DNA of 64,000 nt from Fimbriosthenelais zetlandica (Eukaryota), in assembly GCA_977030845.1 (NCBI GenBank), contig OZ365111.1, positions 43,090,001 to 43,154,000 of the forward strand, in the 5' to 3' direction. The notes beneath the pieces are model-generated. The model saw only the letters and a list, made by a program, of their open reading frames with translations, did not search any database and was not told the origin of the DNA. Below, piece after piece: positions 15,201 through 30,300 of this stretch (positions are counted from its first letter, which is position 1; each line of letters opens with the position of its first letter). Made by a program: the position numbers and the translations under genes.

Positions 15201-18200
15201 CAGTAACCAATTATGTAAATATATATAGGTGGTAGTCGAGCTTTTGTTTTAACATTTTGCTTTCTGTCCTGTTTGTGTTTGTCCCTCTCTGTTGACCATG
15301 GGTGGTCAGGGCGGTCAGGGGTAGTAGTCTCTCACCCCGTGGTCCTATGAGAGCAGTCTCCCTCACCAAGGTCTATGATCCTAGTTCTGACCAGTCAGGA
15401 CATAACTCCCCCGACAGGTAATCGTGTATATAAACCTCATGGGTTCTGGCTTGTTCGGTATGACCACCTTCAGCCATTTTCAAAACCCTGCTCCAAAGCA
15501 TCCTCTATCTTGTATATATCCATATTTCCCATGTAGAATTTTGAAGGATTTTGCAATTCTCCCAACTTTTTGCTATTGGCTATTTCTGAGTATGATCATA
15601 TTTGGAACATTTTTTTCAATTTTCCAACCGTTTTTATACCTTAGCTGTTTTAGGTATGGTGTTACTTTTGGAAAGTTTTTAATTTTCCAAATATTTTCTT
15701 TGGGTATTTTGAGTACATTGCATATTTTTGGAGGTGAATGATCCCATATAGTAGTGATTTTAGGAGCCAGATGATTTTACTTTTCTAATTCAAAGGATCG
15801 TTTGTTGAAGTTTTCCTTTTATCATTCATTTTCCATTCAAATCAATACTGAATGTAAAAGAACTGTTAACAATGTGTTCCCCTAGAGTTTCTGTTCTTAG
15901 ATCCCAAAATTTTAGTCACCAATCTATTGACACCACATTCAAAGCACGCTTGTGTCACCATTTATTCCTATCTTCATGGTTACCGTACACCATGCCTTTG
16001 AAGTTATTTGAAGCTTGGATTCTCCAATAAACCTGCATTTACCTTTAAATTTAGAACGCTTATTTCCACAGCTTGATTGTTGCTTCAGCTTTCAAGCCCT
16101 GTCTTCAAGACCTTGGATCTTGATTCGTATATTTTTTCCACATTTTCTCTATGGAAAACAATGGAAATCTATTCAGTGATAGGTCGAAATGTGTGGTTTG
16201 TTATTCCGGTTAATTTTTCTTTGGTGGTTCAGTTTGTCTAATTTTCCCTTGGAATAAAGGGATACGTCTGTTGCCAGTTCTCCCAAAGCGGATCTATAGG
16301 CCTACTTTAGGTTTAAGGGTCCTGGAAGGGACTCCTGTACGCTTTGTTAACCTCAAGGCTGCTTCCTTAGATTAATAATAGAATTATGTTCACTGTATTA
16401 AAGTTATGAAATATTACTTTAAATTTCATTCTAAGTTAATTTTTTCAACCCTTAAGAAATCACAGCTTGTTACCAAGTAACATTTCTCAATAATTTTAGT
16501 AGATATTTGAGTTGCTATTGCTTGAAATTTGAATTTAAACCTCTTTTTTAAGTTTCAGTATGATTTTTATGTATCTAAATTTAGAAATATGATTATTGTT
16601 ACAACATTTTTCCCCTTAATAATTTTATTCATGTTTTACTTCTGTCAACTTTTCAGCGCCAAAGAACCAACGTATAATGCAGGTAAGCAAAATCCCATTT
16701 TTCTTTTTTTAAATCGAGCCCAGACTCCTTGTAATGGCAGTAAGCCAGACTGCTAGCAATAGACCAATATCAACTTATAAAAGCTCATAGAAGTGCGCTA
16801 TATACTGATGCCAATCTTATCCATTATAATTTCTCAATCTGACAATTAACATGCTCGAAGTGTGTGACTAAAATGCATATCTTATCTTAACTTCAAATCG
16901 AGTATTTATTTAATTCATTAGATTTCCATGGCTTTTGAAAATATTTAATTAACAAACATGCTATGTATGTTATAGACGATATATATCTAATCTTGCACTT
17001 AAAAGTGAATCAATTACTCAAGAGAGAGCCAGTGAATGTGTTTCATTCGAATCTTACCTGTTATCAAAACTAAATAAATAACAAAAAAATAAGTGTTTCT
17101 GAGTGCCCTGACCCCTGCCTTCCACCTGAGTATTGGTATGTTAAGAAGGGATAAAACTACAATAATCGATGCCCCCTCACTGCACAACATTCTAAAGGCC
17201 TTTCCCCACTGATACTTGAGGCAGTTTTAGAAAGACAGGTTCCTGGAGAGCCTGTGTTCTTCATTAGGGTCGTCCACCACTGGTGTGACACACTGATGTC
17301 ACTGTCGTTTCCAATATTATTTTTATTTATAAAAATAGAAAAGTGTAACTGCCCGAGCAGGGGCTGGCTATTTGCGAGGGGTGCCTATATTGTGCTCCGT
17401 TTGTGAGTGGAGCGACAGATATGGAAGTCAGCCACAGGGGCTAGCCTCGACGAAATCGCAAAACTCGCAAAGCAAAAGAAGCTCAGTGGAGCTACACCAT
17501 AAAGGAATATTGCAGTAGTGGGGGACAACCTTTATTATGAGTAGAGAGTGACTAGAACAGGTAGATCTCTGCCCACACACCACTGCCAACACTATCATTA
17601 GGTCTCCTGCCACTATACAAGCCAGTGCCTATAAGTTATACTCCACTCTCCAGTGTCAACATATTATACAACTGAGACCGCAAACTTGTCTAAAATGTCT
17701 GGAAAGGTTGATTTCAATGAAGGTATGTCAACTAATTCATATATTAAGAAGGCAGTTTTCAATAATAATTTGGGGCGTTTAAAGTTTTGTTGCACTTTCA
17801 GTATTGAAAATCAGGTTAGGTCTTAACACTTGCATATAGCTCAAACTACATGGACATTCTCTCTGTTTCTTGTCCTATTCCCTCTACCTGTCACTCCCTC
17901 TTCCTCCCTCCCTCCCTCCCTCCCTCCCTCCCTCCCTCTTTCGCACTCTTCCTCCCCCTCTGTCCGCTCCCCCTCCCTTTTCTGTCCCTGTCTCTTCTCT
18001 CCTCCCCCTCTCTTCTCCCTCCTCTCTCTCCTCTCTCTCTCGTCTCCGCCTCTCCCTCTCTCTTCTCACATCTCCTCTCCTTTTCTCTCTTCCTCTCTCC
18101 TAATACTTCCTCTCTTCTCTCTGTCTCTCTTTCCTTTCCCTGTCTCTCTCTTTCTCAATCACCTCTCTCTCTGCCTCTCTCCCCCCCCCCCCTCTCTCTC

Positions 18201-18277
18201 TCTCCCCCTCCCTCTCTCTTCCTCTCTAGCTCTCTCCCTCTCTAGCTCTCTCCCTCTCTCTCTCTCTTCCTCTCTAG

Positions 18278-18322
<45 letters not shown>

Positions 18323-21300
18323 CTCTCCCCTCCCTCTCTCTCTTTCATTGACCCCATGGCATGTCATAGATCACCATTTAGCCTGGTGATTATGGCACAC
18401 AGTCACTGACATAATGGCTAGTCAAAGAGTGCTTGTACTTTAGGTAAAAATGATCTAATAATGGATACATACACTGATACCTTGACAGCCTGCCAGATCA
18501 TACAACCACTCTTCACACTGCCAGATATGTTTTACCTCCAAAACATTTATCATACAAGCCTTCGCTTTTATAAAAATATAGAATTTCTCCTATGGATGGC
18601 ATTGTTTTGGCATTGAATGAGGCTAGATTGTCAACTTTTTCTCAGTGTCGAGGTCTTTAGGGTCAAAATATGGCACCTTTCATGTTCAGCTTCAACCATT
18701 CATTCTAGTGTAATTATCCTTATATATAGTATCGTTATTCAGGGTCTCCCATAGCAGTTCTATATTGTCATATTATTATATAATATGGGCAGCATCATTT
18801 CCAAAGCAAGAGCTTTCACTCCAGTGGAAAATGTCGCAGCGTTCAAAGCTAAATATATGTATACTGGTGCGAGACAGCTCACCCTTACCATTGATTCTTG
18901 ATTTTCGGCTGGGAGCTCTTTTAAGTGCATTTTAATGTTGCTATCGGCGCAACAATTATTTCTCAGGGCAGGTGCTTTAAAATCTATGCAAAAACACCCT
19001 GAGGATGAAGACAGTGAAAATGTCTGTACACCTCGGGGGATTGAACCCCAGACCCTTTGATCATGGGTGACCCCACAAATGAGGTGTTCTAACCAACTGA
19101 GTTAGGTTAGATAACAGATAGCATAGTTATACATTCTAAAATGTGTTTATATCCTGGAATGTCCGGGAATGTAATTATGAGAAGCATTATGATGGTCCCC
19201 CATACTGATACTGTCAGTGTACCAGCGACCAATACGTACCATTATAATCATGGTATGTTTTAGTGCATATGGTCCTATGGTACCAGAATCCACAGTGGCA
19301 AATGGTCTGTTCCATTTAGATTGATTTTACTTATCTATTTTTGTATTACGAACACTAAAATCTTCATTTCATAAATATTAAGATACCAAAGGGTTAGGAA
19401 AATCAGTTAAAAAATATTTGAAAGCCATGGGAATTTTACAACTGCCGAGTCATAAAACTTCATGTTTGATACCAGAGATTTTTTGGCCTTATGTTGAACG
19501 ACTTCATTAACAATTGGTACAACCAAAATAGTCTTATACATACTCTTCTGAACGAGTTAAAATGTTCTGAAATTGTACAAATGTAACTATTTCCTCACCA
19601 ATTATTTATCAATTAATAACCAACTAATTTGTTAATATTTTGAGAAGAGGAAAGACCTGCACCAAGCAAAATCCCTCGCCCAGGAGGTAGTTAACTTATT
19701 GACAACTTATTTGATTTTGGAAAAACAGGAACTAATTTTATGTGAATTGGTTGTATATAGTTTCGGGGGCATGCATTTTTGGTTTGTATGATATCTTAAG
19801 TTATTAATATATTTTGTCCTTATCGTTGCCGTTAGAATTTAATGAGGTGGTTTTTTGTTTCTGAGCAGGAATTATTTTGAGGTTACTGGCCTTTTTTATG
19901 GACTATCTGCTGGCGTTTTAAAAACTTTGTTTTTGTTCATTATCAAGTATTTTTGAAATTTTGTTAAAAATGTTAAGATTTAGAAGGGACTTTTGTCATT
20001 CAACGAAGAATGTGCTAATAATTTGGTCAACTCAAGGTTATGTTCGGCCGAAGAAATCATGAGGTCAGAAAAAAATTGGGGAATTATCGAGCTTGGTCTA
20101 TGGCAAGCCTGTGAATGTTTTAATATCTTTTCACCGTACAATATAATAATGTTATAAACCCTTGTTACTTGTAGAGGATGGCCTGTTGCGGCTGTACATG
20201 CGGGGCCGTGTGGTCAGTCTCTACGCTCCGTCCAACATGGAGGGCTACTCCGTCACCAAGACGGGCGACGCCCCCTCAGAGAAACTCAGGCTCGAGTGGG
20301 TGTATCCTTTTAACATCTTAAAAAATCATAAATCTAAAATCTAAAATCAGTCTGTATAAAAATATTTTTCCTTCTCTTCAGTCATGATAAATGGAAGGTC
20401 AATGAAAAACAGAATCCTGGTCATGAACGTCATGAAAGTCCTTGAATACTATCATGTCTTTATGAAAGCGCATATAATAATAGTTCTGTTTTGTTAGTGT
20501 GTAGAGCAATATTTGACCTTGTGTGTAAAAAAAAATCTTAATCCCTCCCATTTGGGAAGGACATTTGAAAAGTAATTGTCAACATGAATATTTGACCTTG
20601 ACCAGTGTGTAGTTATGGTTACCGGGGTCGTGATGCCCGGTCCAACCTGTACCTACTGCCTACAGGAGAGATTATCTACTTCATCGCCTCCGTGGTCGTA
20701 CTCTATAATCCAGAGGAACAGATGCAGAGGCATTACCTAGGTCATAACGACGATGTCAAATGGTCAGTTCATCCATTAATATTCATTTACTTCCTGTTGA
20801 AATCTAGATCAAATTTTTATGTTGAAATCTAGATCAAATATGAAAAAAAGGATTCTTTTTTAAAACAGTCGAAAGCTCCATTGTGCAGCGGTGTGCTTAT
20901 AATAAAAGGTCGTCATGAATTGATAAAAAATAATTGGGGGTATATATCATATTTACAAGACCTTGTAAGAGACCTTCGCCAGCTAATATGGCAAGATTTG
21001 TATGGATGAAGTGTATGGTTCTCGCAGGAGGCTGCAGACAATTGTTCATTAGAAAATTCTTGTGGAAGCCTTCGGGATTAACTGAGTTGTCTGTTTCGTA
21101 TCCTTGGATTTAGGAGGTACTTTTACTTCTTAAAACCTTAGTAAAACCTATTTAATCCTGTAGTACTTTAATTGAGTTTTCTTTCACCACAGTTTGGCGT
21201 TGCATCCAGATAAGATTACCATAGCAACCGGTCAGGTAGCAGGTCATGATAAAAAGGAAGGACGGGTAAGTTTTTATTTTATTTTTCTGTAAATTCCACC

Positions 21301-24300
21301 AATTTTCTCTTTAGATGCAGTTCTGCTATGTGCAAGTCTGCAAGTTCTATTAACCCGAGCTTGACCTCCATTGCCATGGTTATTTCAACTGTGCCTAAAT
21401 AAAGTCCTCTCTTTCGATGCACAATTTTGGGCGTGTGCTGACATTATTGCTGAGAATTTCAGTTTTCTGAAAGATTTTCAGTTTGAAACACGTTTCATCC
21501 GAATTACAAGATTTCATTTTAGCCATTTTTACTCGCTATTATGTCTCTCACCATTTTTCAATGCTTCATTTTGGTTCATAGATATTTTCCAGGGATGCAA
21601 GTATTCAGGCAATTACCTGATTTCAAGCAAATTGAAACTTGAGGAACTCTCTGGAGTTTTTGGAAATGTCCCCTATTTTCACAAAAGAATTCTGAACCAA
21701 TACCTGAGTGAAAAACCAAGGTTCAAATATGTCATAAAATGCCAGAAATAATATTTTCAGCATTTCTATTCATTTTGATCCTACGAAACTGCACAAAAAA
21801 AATAAAATCTGATTTAGTTATTTTTTTGAGCTCTCTGCAGTGCATCCCTGGAGTTTTTACATTGGGTTTAGTTGTGCTTCTGGTCGCTATAGACTGGAAG
21901 CAGCTAGATTTTGGCTTTAATATCCTCGCTGCTTTATTCCCCTATGTTATATGTTTGCCACACGTTTGTTAACAGAGAAAGTCTGATGTAGGCTTCAATG
22001 ACATCACTGAGTCCTGGGTGAGTTAGGTGCCCACAGTCACACATTCTACTCTCTTCACAGCTCCACACAATCCATAACCACTTAATATCACAAACATAAC
22101 TAGCTCAGCATTTAAATAACCCCTTAGTAGCTCTTATGGACACACCAAGGACATTGCCTATACAATTTCCATCAGATTCCCCCTTCTAATGTGTCATGAT
22201 AATTATCATGATACCAATTTTTCTCTCATTTTGAGTTCTCAGAATGGCGTGACAGAAGTCGGAATGTTACATTGTCATATTGAGCAGACTTTTTTTCAAT
22301 ATTCCTACTCCTTTTGACGCCATTCTGAGAAATCTAATTTGGTAGAGAAAAAGTGGGAATTTTGATTGATATTGGTTGGACAATGTGATCGGTGTGTTCC
22401 AACCCAAAGGTGCATGTATCTGCTTCAGCTAGGTCCACTTAATTATATTATGTACATTCAAAGTCCTAATTGGACCCAATAGATATAGATAATCGTAGAA
22501 TAGAATAATGAAATTAATTAGATTATAACCCATATTTTAATTTAAATCTTATAAGTAATCTTTCAATTTGTGACAGAAACTTGTAGCAATTTTTAACTTA
22601 AACTAGATGTTCAAATAAATTTTATTTGAACAAATCCCCACATCTCTTTAACCTCTTGGTTTTGGTACTTTCATAGCATACCTGCCTGGTGTTTTGATGA
22701 AAGCATGCGCTAAAAGCCTGGCAAATATAGCATTTAGCAGAGTCAACCTTTCCCCCATAATTGTCCTTGCTAAACATTTAATTTCTGACTTGTAGAGATC
22801 AGAAATGTGTTATTTTTTATGCTGTTAAATTGCTGGTTCGCTCTCTGGTATCAATTTTTAAATATCTATGATATTAATATATGAATTATTTTATTATATT
22901 AATGAATTACTCATTACATTCAACGAATGTAAATATAATACACAAATTTATTTTTGCAATAAGCTAATCAAGCATCAGATCTGAAAATTGTATGAGATTT
23001 TCAGTATATTGAAAATATCCACTGAAAAACTTGAGTGGCTAATTTTTAGTTGGGATTAACCAAGTTATGCGGTAGATCCACTGGATTTTATTTCTTGCGA
23101 GTGTTCCGATCTTTCTGCTGCAATAGCTACAATTCTCTCCTGCAACAGCTGCATCTGTTACAAGGGCAACTGCCCCATAGAAGGCGCTATTTGCCGCTAA
23201 ATTGTGCTCTATTTGTGAGTGATGCAGCTGATGTAGCTCCAGTTCCGACAGGAAGATCGCAACACTCGCAAGGCAAAATAAAAGCGAGTGGAGCTAGCGC
23301 ATTAAGAGTTGATAAAGGAACCAGGAATTGAATGTCTGTTGTATCTATCTGTCAGCATCATGTGTACGACGCTTGGCATCAACGGCGGCGACCCATAGAG
23401 AAATCCCGACAGGTAGAACAAACATAGCCCAACTACAACCAACACTATTATTATCGTTACTCCTCTTTGTTTGTACTTTTTTTGCTGTTTAGTTTGTCAT
23501 TTTTGGTCATGATTTATTGCTGGTATTCTCAGCCTTTCACCAAATACACCTACCATATGAACAGATGCCACTTTTTGATGATTTGCAGAGAATTTTTTTG
23601 AAAATGAAAATGATATTGATTCATTCACAGCACCTCGTAGTGCTTCTTTAACCTGCGCAGATGTTAATAGATTCCTCATTAAAGATTTTACTTCAGTCAC
23701 CAGCTTTAAATTTTCACTGAGAGTGAGTGAGAGTGTGTGTAGAAAGCCTTGTCCGTTAGGCTTCTTCTCTGGCATTCTCATGTTTTAGAATTGAACATGG
23801 GAGTTTTCGTGTTCTATTCCCAAAGTAGCCGCCAAATTTATTTATTTTTCTTCTCCCGCCTGTGCTGCTCATTTGGTACTTGCATTTGGGGCTTCTCTGG
23901 ATTGCTCTGTTTGCTATCCAAAGGCAATGGCAAAAAAATGCTAGAAAGCGAGTGTCTCAAGCATACCGTGTCATGCAGGTCATGAAAAGCAAGTTAAATT
24001 TGTTTTCACTTGGTGAATTTATAACTAAGCGTTGGTTTATAAATTAGTGGTTCTAGATTATAGATAAAAGTCAGTCTCGTAATTTATTACCTTCTAATTA
24101 AATGGCAGAATTTATTGTTATTAATTAATATACTATATAGCATGTTAGGGTGTTTAAAATGTAATGATTGTCTTAAATCTATTTTAGAACAGTAAAACGA
24201 TTTGGTGCATATATTTGTTCCACAATGTCTAACAATCTTGGTCCTTGTACTAGTACTTGATATAGCAGTTCATATAGATACTATCAGAGCCTAATACCTC

Positions 24301-27300
24301 CTTCTTTGCAGGATCTGCTATTTAGATAGTTACTTCTCATTGAATTGCTATTGCTATTGAAGATTTTCACACGCTGGCCTTTGCAGTGGTTGTGAAAGAA
24401 AATCAGGGATGCAATTTTCCAGGCAGATTTTACCAGGTTTCTCTATTGATTTTTTAAGGGAAGGGTCCTATATTTGTCATATTTGTTGGTCTTTGTAGGT
24501 GGGGGGCGGTGGGATTATTTATTGTAGCCCCTTAAAAATACATTAAAAAATTACGAATTTTTGGAGTGCCTGGATTTGCATCCCTGTAAATTGATTAAAG
24601 TTTCTGTTAAAGCAAGCAGGTATTCTAATAATAGATGACCTCTCCCTGAGCTATAGTAGTGCTTTACTGATTCAGGATTATGAATGGGTTAAAATTGTTC
24701 CGTCTTTGCTCCAAACTAATAAGACAATGCAGAACAATTGTAGGTTAATTGTAGGTGGACGACATAATTTCGTGGGATATGAAATCAGTCTAATCTCCCA
24801 TCATATGTATAATTACGTTAACCTGTTACAATACACATGTTATGATTCAGTGGATTTTCACATAACGACCACCTCTTTAAAGCGACAACTAAATGGTCAA
24901 ATGTTTTAGAAACCATGTACTAAATCAGCCATATGACAATATGACCACTATCCAACATACTCCCTAAATAGCGGTAGACACAGTACACCGTGATTAGTTC
25001 ACTGTCAATGGGGGTCGTTTTAGTGAAGCTCCACTGTATTATATATAGGAGAAGAAAGACTGTATGACTGTTGTAAATGTTAACTGTGTTCAATGTTGGT
25101 TAAAATTTAGATTGTTGAAAAAGGAAATTTATAATCGGAAATACATGGTCGTGTCCTATTGTGAGAATGATTGGATAGATGTAAGACTAATAATATTATC
25201 ATCATAAATTACTTTACATTCACATGGGAATTATTTAAAGTAGTAGCACATTTTTTACTTTGAAAATAGTCAGATATCACCCACAATAATCTTTAATATT
25301 TGTTAATTCTTCATATTTCTAAACTATTTCGTAATTCATGTTAATTTTTTTCTAATTCGTGTAAATTATAGGATTTTTGAATGTATTTAGGAGTTACATT
25401 TATAACCAATTATATAAAACATATCTTATTATATTATTAATTATTACTAGATGTGATACATAGTACTATTTATAATCAGTTTCCAAAGCATTTTAGAATG
25501 CATTACACATGGGTTGGATGAATGAAAATTATCTGTATTGAAAATTGTCGACTTGATATTTTTTGCTCGAGGTACTAGGCATGCCAAAGAAATTCATTTC
25601 AATTCAATGCTACTTCAACATTTCCATTTCTGCCAAATTTCTGTATAGTTTGCCGTTCCACATAACTTGGTTGTGGCAGTAACCTTGTGGGGTCTCATCT
25701 AACCCAGCACTTTGCTTGGACCTTTTGAACTATTATTCCTGAACCGGTGACCGTATCTTGGATATCGAGATGTCCATGCTACCATTACTGCGATACCTGC
25801 TTTGAACCATTGGAAAAGCTCAAAATGCATGGGTCCTGAAAAACTGGTCTAAAACGAAAGACTGGTTGGCTTTTTGGCTTGATCACCGTGGTATAATTGC
25901 TTGATAATCACTTCCCCTAACCGTCATCTATATGAAATAATGGTCTGTAAGTTTAATGTGTTTATTATTACTCTCTGACAGCCTCATGTAAGGATCTGGA
26001 ACTCGGTCAATATGAACACGCTTCATATTATCGGACTGGGTGACTTTGAACGGGGCGTGGCCTGCGTCGGCTTCTCCAAGTTGGTAAGTATTTTTCTTTT
26101 AAATTTAAGATTTTCTTATAAAACTATTTTTCGAGAAACGACTTTGAAGTAATAATAATAATAATTTATTTTGTATCTCGTAAAATCCACAATAATTTGT
26201 GCTCTAAACGCTGATGACAGAAAAGTAGTGTGCGAAGAAGAATATTGGAATTAACAGAAAGTGGAATCATTTGAATTACATATTCTGTCCCATTTACTCC
26301 CAATTCAAAATATGTCCGTTTTATTCCATTACTAGTTTTCTCTGTATTATTTCAGGATGGAGGTCAATCGTTGGTGGTCGTGGATGAGGCTAATGAACAC
26401 ATCATCTCATTATGGGACTGGCAGAAAGGCGAGAAGGGCCACAAAATCACAGAAACCAAGGTCAGTTATTTTCATACAATAATCCAGCAATACCTGGTCT
26501 GGGGTGCTCAGAGATTCAGAAGGCACCATATTTAACTTTAATATATAGATCCCAGGATCTATCACCCGGTATTCTCTTTATTTGCCATTTCGGCTAACTT
26601 AAATATCAAAGGCTAACTTGAATATAGAAGGCCAGTTATGTCTCCCACTGTCTAAGGTGAGAGGCATGTAAAAGAGTCATTGCTGTTTACTTTGGAAGAG
26701 CCGGGCATGGAGAGCATTTTCATATTTGATATTGGAAAACACTTTTCATATAGTTCTGTGTGATCTATTTCATCAAACCATTGAAGACAATTTTTTAATT
26801 TTCTAGAAATATTTTTTGTCTTTCAGAGTTCCACAGAGCCCATGCTGTGCGTAGATTTCCACCCCATGGAGAATAACATCATTGTGACGTGCGGTAAAAG
26901 TCACCTGGGCTTCTGGACGGTTGAGGGTGGTACTCTCACCAAGAAACAAGGCGTCTTTGAGGTAAAAATGACTAATAATTAAATTATTAAAAATAATTTA
27001 TACACAAACAGTTACCATGGTGTCTCACTAATATGACCACCCTTGGGACTGAACTCATCGACGTTTTAGAGAATATGTTTTATTGTTCTTAAATAAAATG
27101 GTTCTGAGCCTTTTGTGATAGGATATTTAGATAGTCGTTTTACTGAAGCGGTTGTGAAGTTAAGAGAAAATTTAATATGAACTACTTTCTGTTGATAAAT
27201 CCTATATCAATGCCCACCTTTGTGCTGTATTTCAGAAGTACGACAAGCCTAAATATGTCACATGTATGGCATACGCTGAGAACGGGGATCTCATCACTGG

Positions 27301-30300
27301 TGATTCTAACGGTAACATGTACATCTGGTCTAAAGGTGAGTTATATACATACTCTACACCTTACTCCCATACACACATCTACATAGACAAATTATGATGG
27401 CTTTACTATACAGTCTACTCCTATATTGAGCTATACTCTCTAATATTTCCACTATGATTTCCTATAATATCTTCTTATACTATCTTCCTATAATATTGAC
27501 AAAAATAATAGTATTGACAAAAATATCCTTCATTCTAATATGAAAGAGTATTGGGAATTGTTTGATTCCATCACCTTGTAGGGTTAGATTAAAAAGTAGG
27601 TACCAACATAAAATATTAGGCGATATACCTAAATTGTTTTAGTTGTGTGGTAGTATCAGCCTATAGGTCTAACATTTTAGTTTCCACAGATTGTTACTTG
27701 ACATCTTCAATGAACCAATTACAAAATAAATCACCATTTAAATTCTTTCTGATGAGTTATGCGCACACGAAAACTTATGATTTATTCACTTAACATAGTG
27801 CCTTTATATAATTATCATGTCTGGTATTGGGAAGAAAATGAAAGAGATTTGTTCTTGGACAAATGACTTCTGAAAAGCGTTTTCATCTATTCTTTAAAAT
27901 GTCGTTGATATTGTAAATATTGTAGACTATCTAGCTAGTTAGAAAACTGGTATGAAATTTAAGAGAATAACATTTTTTTGTAATGTGCCTTCTTAGAAGA
28001 CATAGATGAAGGTAAGGGGCGTAGACCATACACATTATCACAGTCATTAACACATGTTGTCACCGTATTTTAACAGATTCTCACAGTAATTTAACAATTG
28101 TTTCAATCATTGTGCTTTAGATACCAACACTGGTTCTTTATGATGCCCCACTAGCTTTAATACCGCACTATACCCGCTAAAGGCCACTTTTTACCTACAT
28201 ACATTTACAGTCCTCGCTACATATTTTTGTTGTGAAAAAAACGACATGAACAAATAATTTTGATAACACTTGGAGGTAAATTTTAATTTTTGGTATAGAT
28301 TGTATTTGAGGATTTGGACATATGTCAGTTATCGAGAGGTAATAGAAAAGTTTTGCGCTGCAAAATTTAGCGACGAATAAATTGCTATCAAAGTTGCTTT
28401 GGTCCACCTAGATATATGTTGAGCATTTTGGTGAATGCAAAGCAATGGCTTTCAAAAGAGGCAGGCAATGCTATGTCACAAGCTTTCCATGTCCGCAATC
28501 AAAAGATCACAATCCACAGACACCATCGCATTCCCCAATATAAGAAAATCTTCACCATTTTATTGCCATTTTAGCTTATGGAGCTTCAAGCTTTATGGAA
28601 AACCGCTGAGCTATGGTTTATCCCACTTTGATTCTTGTTTTTTGCTCTAGCCATTTTCATAGATAAAAGAGCAAAAGATTGTGAAACAGACCACGGGGCA
28701 TACAGTCTGTTCCTAGTGATTGGTTTTCAATTCAGTGGAGCAGAAAATTCTTAGGAAATTTTAAATTATTTCCATGAATCATATTAGCTAAAATCAATCT
28801 GCCAAAGCAGGAACTGGTTAAAATATGTTTAGAAAGATGAATATAGTCTTGTCTTCATATCAGTATTAATTATTGTGTTGACAGATTAATATTAGGATTA
28901 GTCAGTGCAATTCTATATAATGTAAATCAGTGGTAGTCTATACCGTAAATCTACTGGCCACTTTCCTGGTGAAATGTTATACGATTTGACAGTATATTTT
29001 CTGACAAATTATTTTCTTATTTATCTCGTGCATTGCGAGCTTCTACATATATGAGGGATACAAAACATCTCTAATCGTCATGTTTTTTACCTACAATTCC
29101 CCACATCGCCTCCAGAACAGTCCAATCGTAATATTAAACATTTTTTTAATAATTTCGCTTCTGCCCCAGCCAAATTTCGGCGTATCGTTTTATCATATTA
29201 TTTTAACCATGTCATTATCCCAGCACCAGGAAGCCATGTTTTGATTGTCTATGTCTCTCTTTTAACTTTTTGTTGTTAAAACTAATCTATCTGCTCTCAC
29301 GCCTGTGTTATATAGGTACTAACCGTATCAGCCAGGCTGTAACCGGGGCTCATGATGGCGGGATATTCTCACTCTGTGTGATGAAGGATGGAACCATCCT
29401 CTCTGGTGGTAAAGATAGGAATATCATACAGTGGAACTCCGAGTACGCACGTACAGGACTCAACCACGAGGTAATTATTATACACTAATAATCATTAATT
29501 AACGTAGATTAATAAAAAAAAATCCAATGGTTTAGTTTCACATGATAGGCTTCTTGCAAGACCTTGAAATCGTTTATTAATTTCATTAAAATGGTGCGTT
29601 TTATTACCTGTCAATTTTCGCATGTCAGGCAAGTTCTTGAGGTCTTTCAATCATTCATTCATTCATTCATTCATTCATTCACCAATCCACTTACTCATCC
29701 TTTCATACATCTATTTATGTATTAGATTTTCCCTTTTTTACATCACTGAAAAATTAGATTACTGCTTTCAAATGTCCTTCATGAAGATGGACCCTGACCT
29801 ATCCATATATATGTATTTTTTCATCTTTTCTAACTTACAGATCCCAGAAGAATATGGTGCTATTCGCATGTTGAGTCAAGGCAAGGGAAACATGGTGTTG
29901 GTGGGCACTACTCGTAATGCCATCCTCCAAGGATCTCTAGACCTCAAATTCTCCCCCATTGTGCAGGTGTGTATCTTCTCCTTCCACTTGTTTCCTTCTT
30001 TTTTTCTCAGTAATATACTGAAAGGAATATATCTGGTATATATAAATAGTAACATTCAGATATTCAATAATACAATTTATAGATAGCTAGAAAAATTCTT
30101 AGAATTCTGCTGGCCATCCCTCTCCAACTTGTCCTTCTTTGAGTTAAGGAAGCTATCTTATAATTAACATTCAAATATTCATATTCATATTCATATTATA
30201 ATATCATTTATAAATTCTGTTGGCCGGCACTATTCGACCTGTCCGTTGTATTGCTTATAACATAATGTATATTAAAAACCTTTAAAAAGTGAGTAAAAAA

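Noticed and set aside
17830-18351. Overlapping Leu/Ser/Pro and Arg/Glu ORFs
   Set aside because: These are translations of a CT microsatellite tract.
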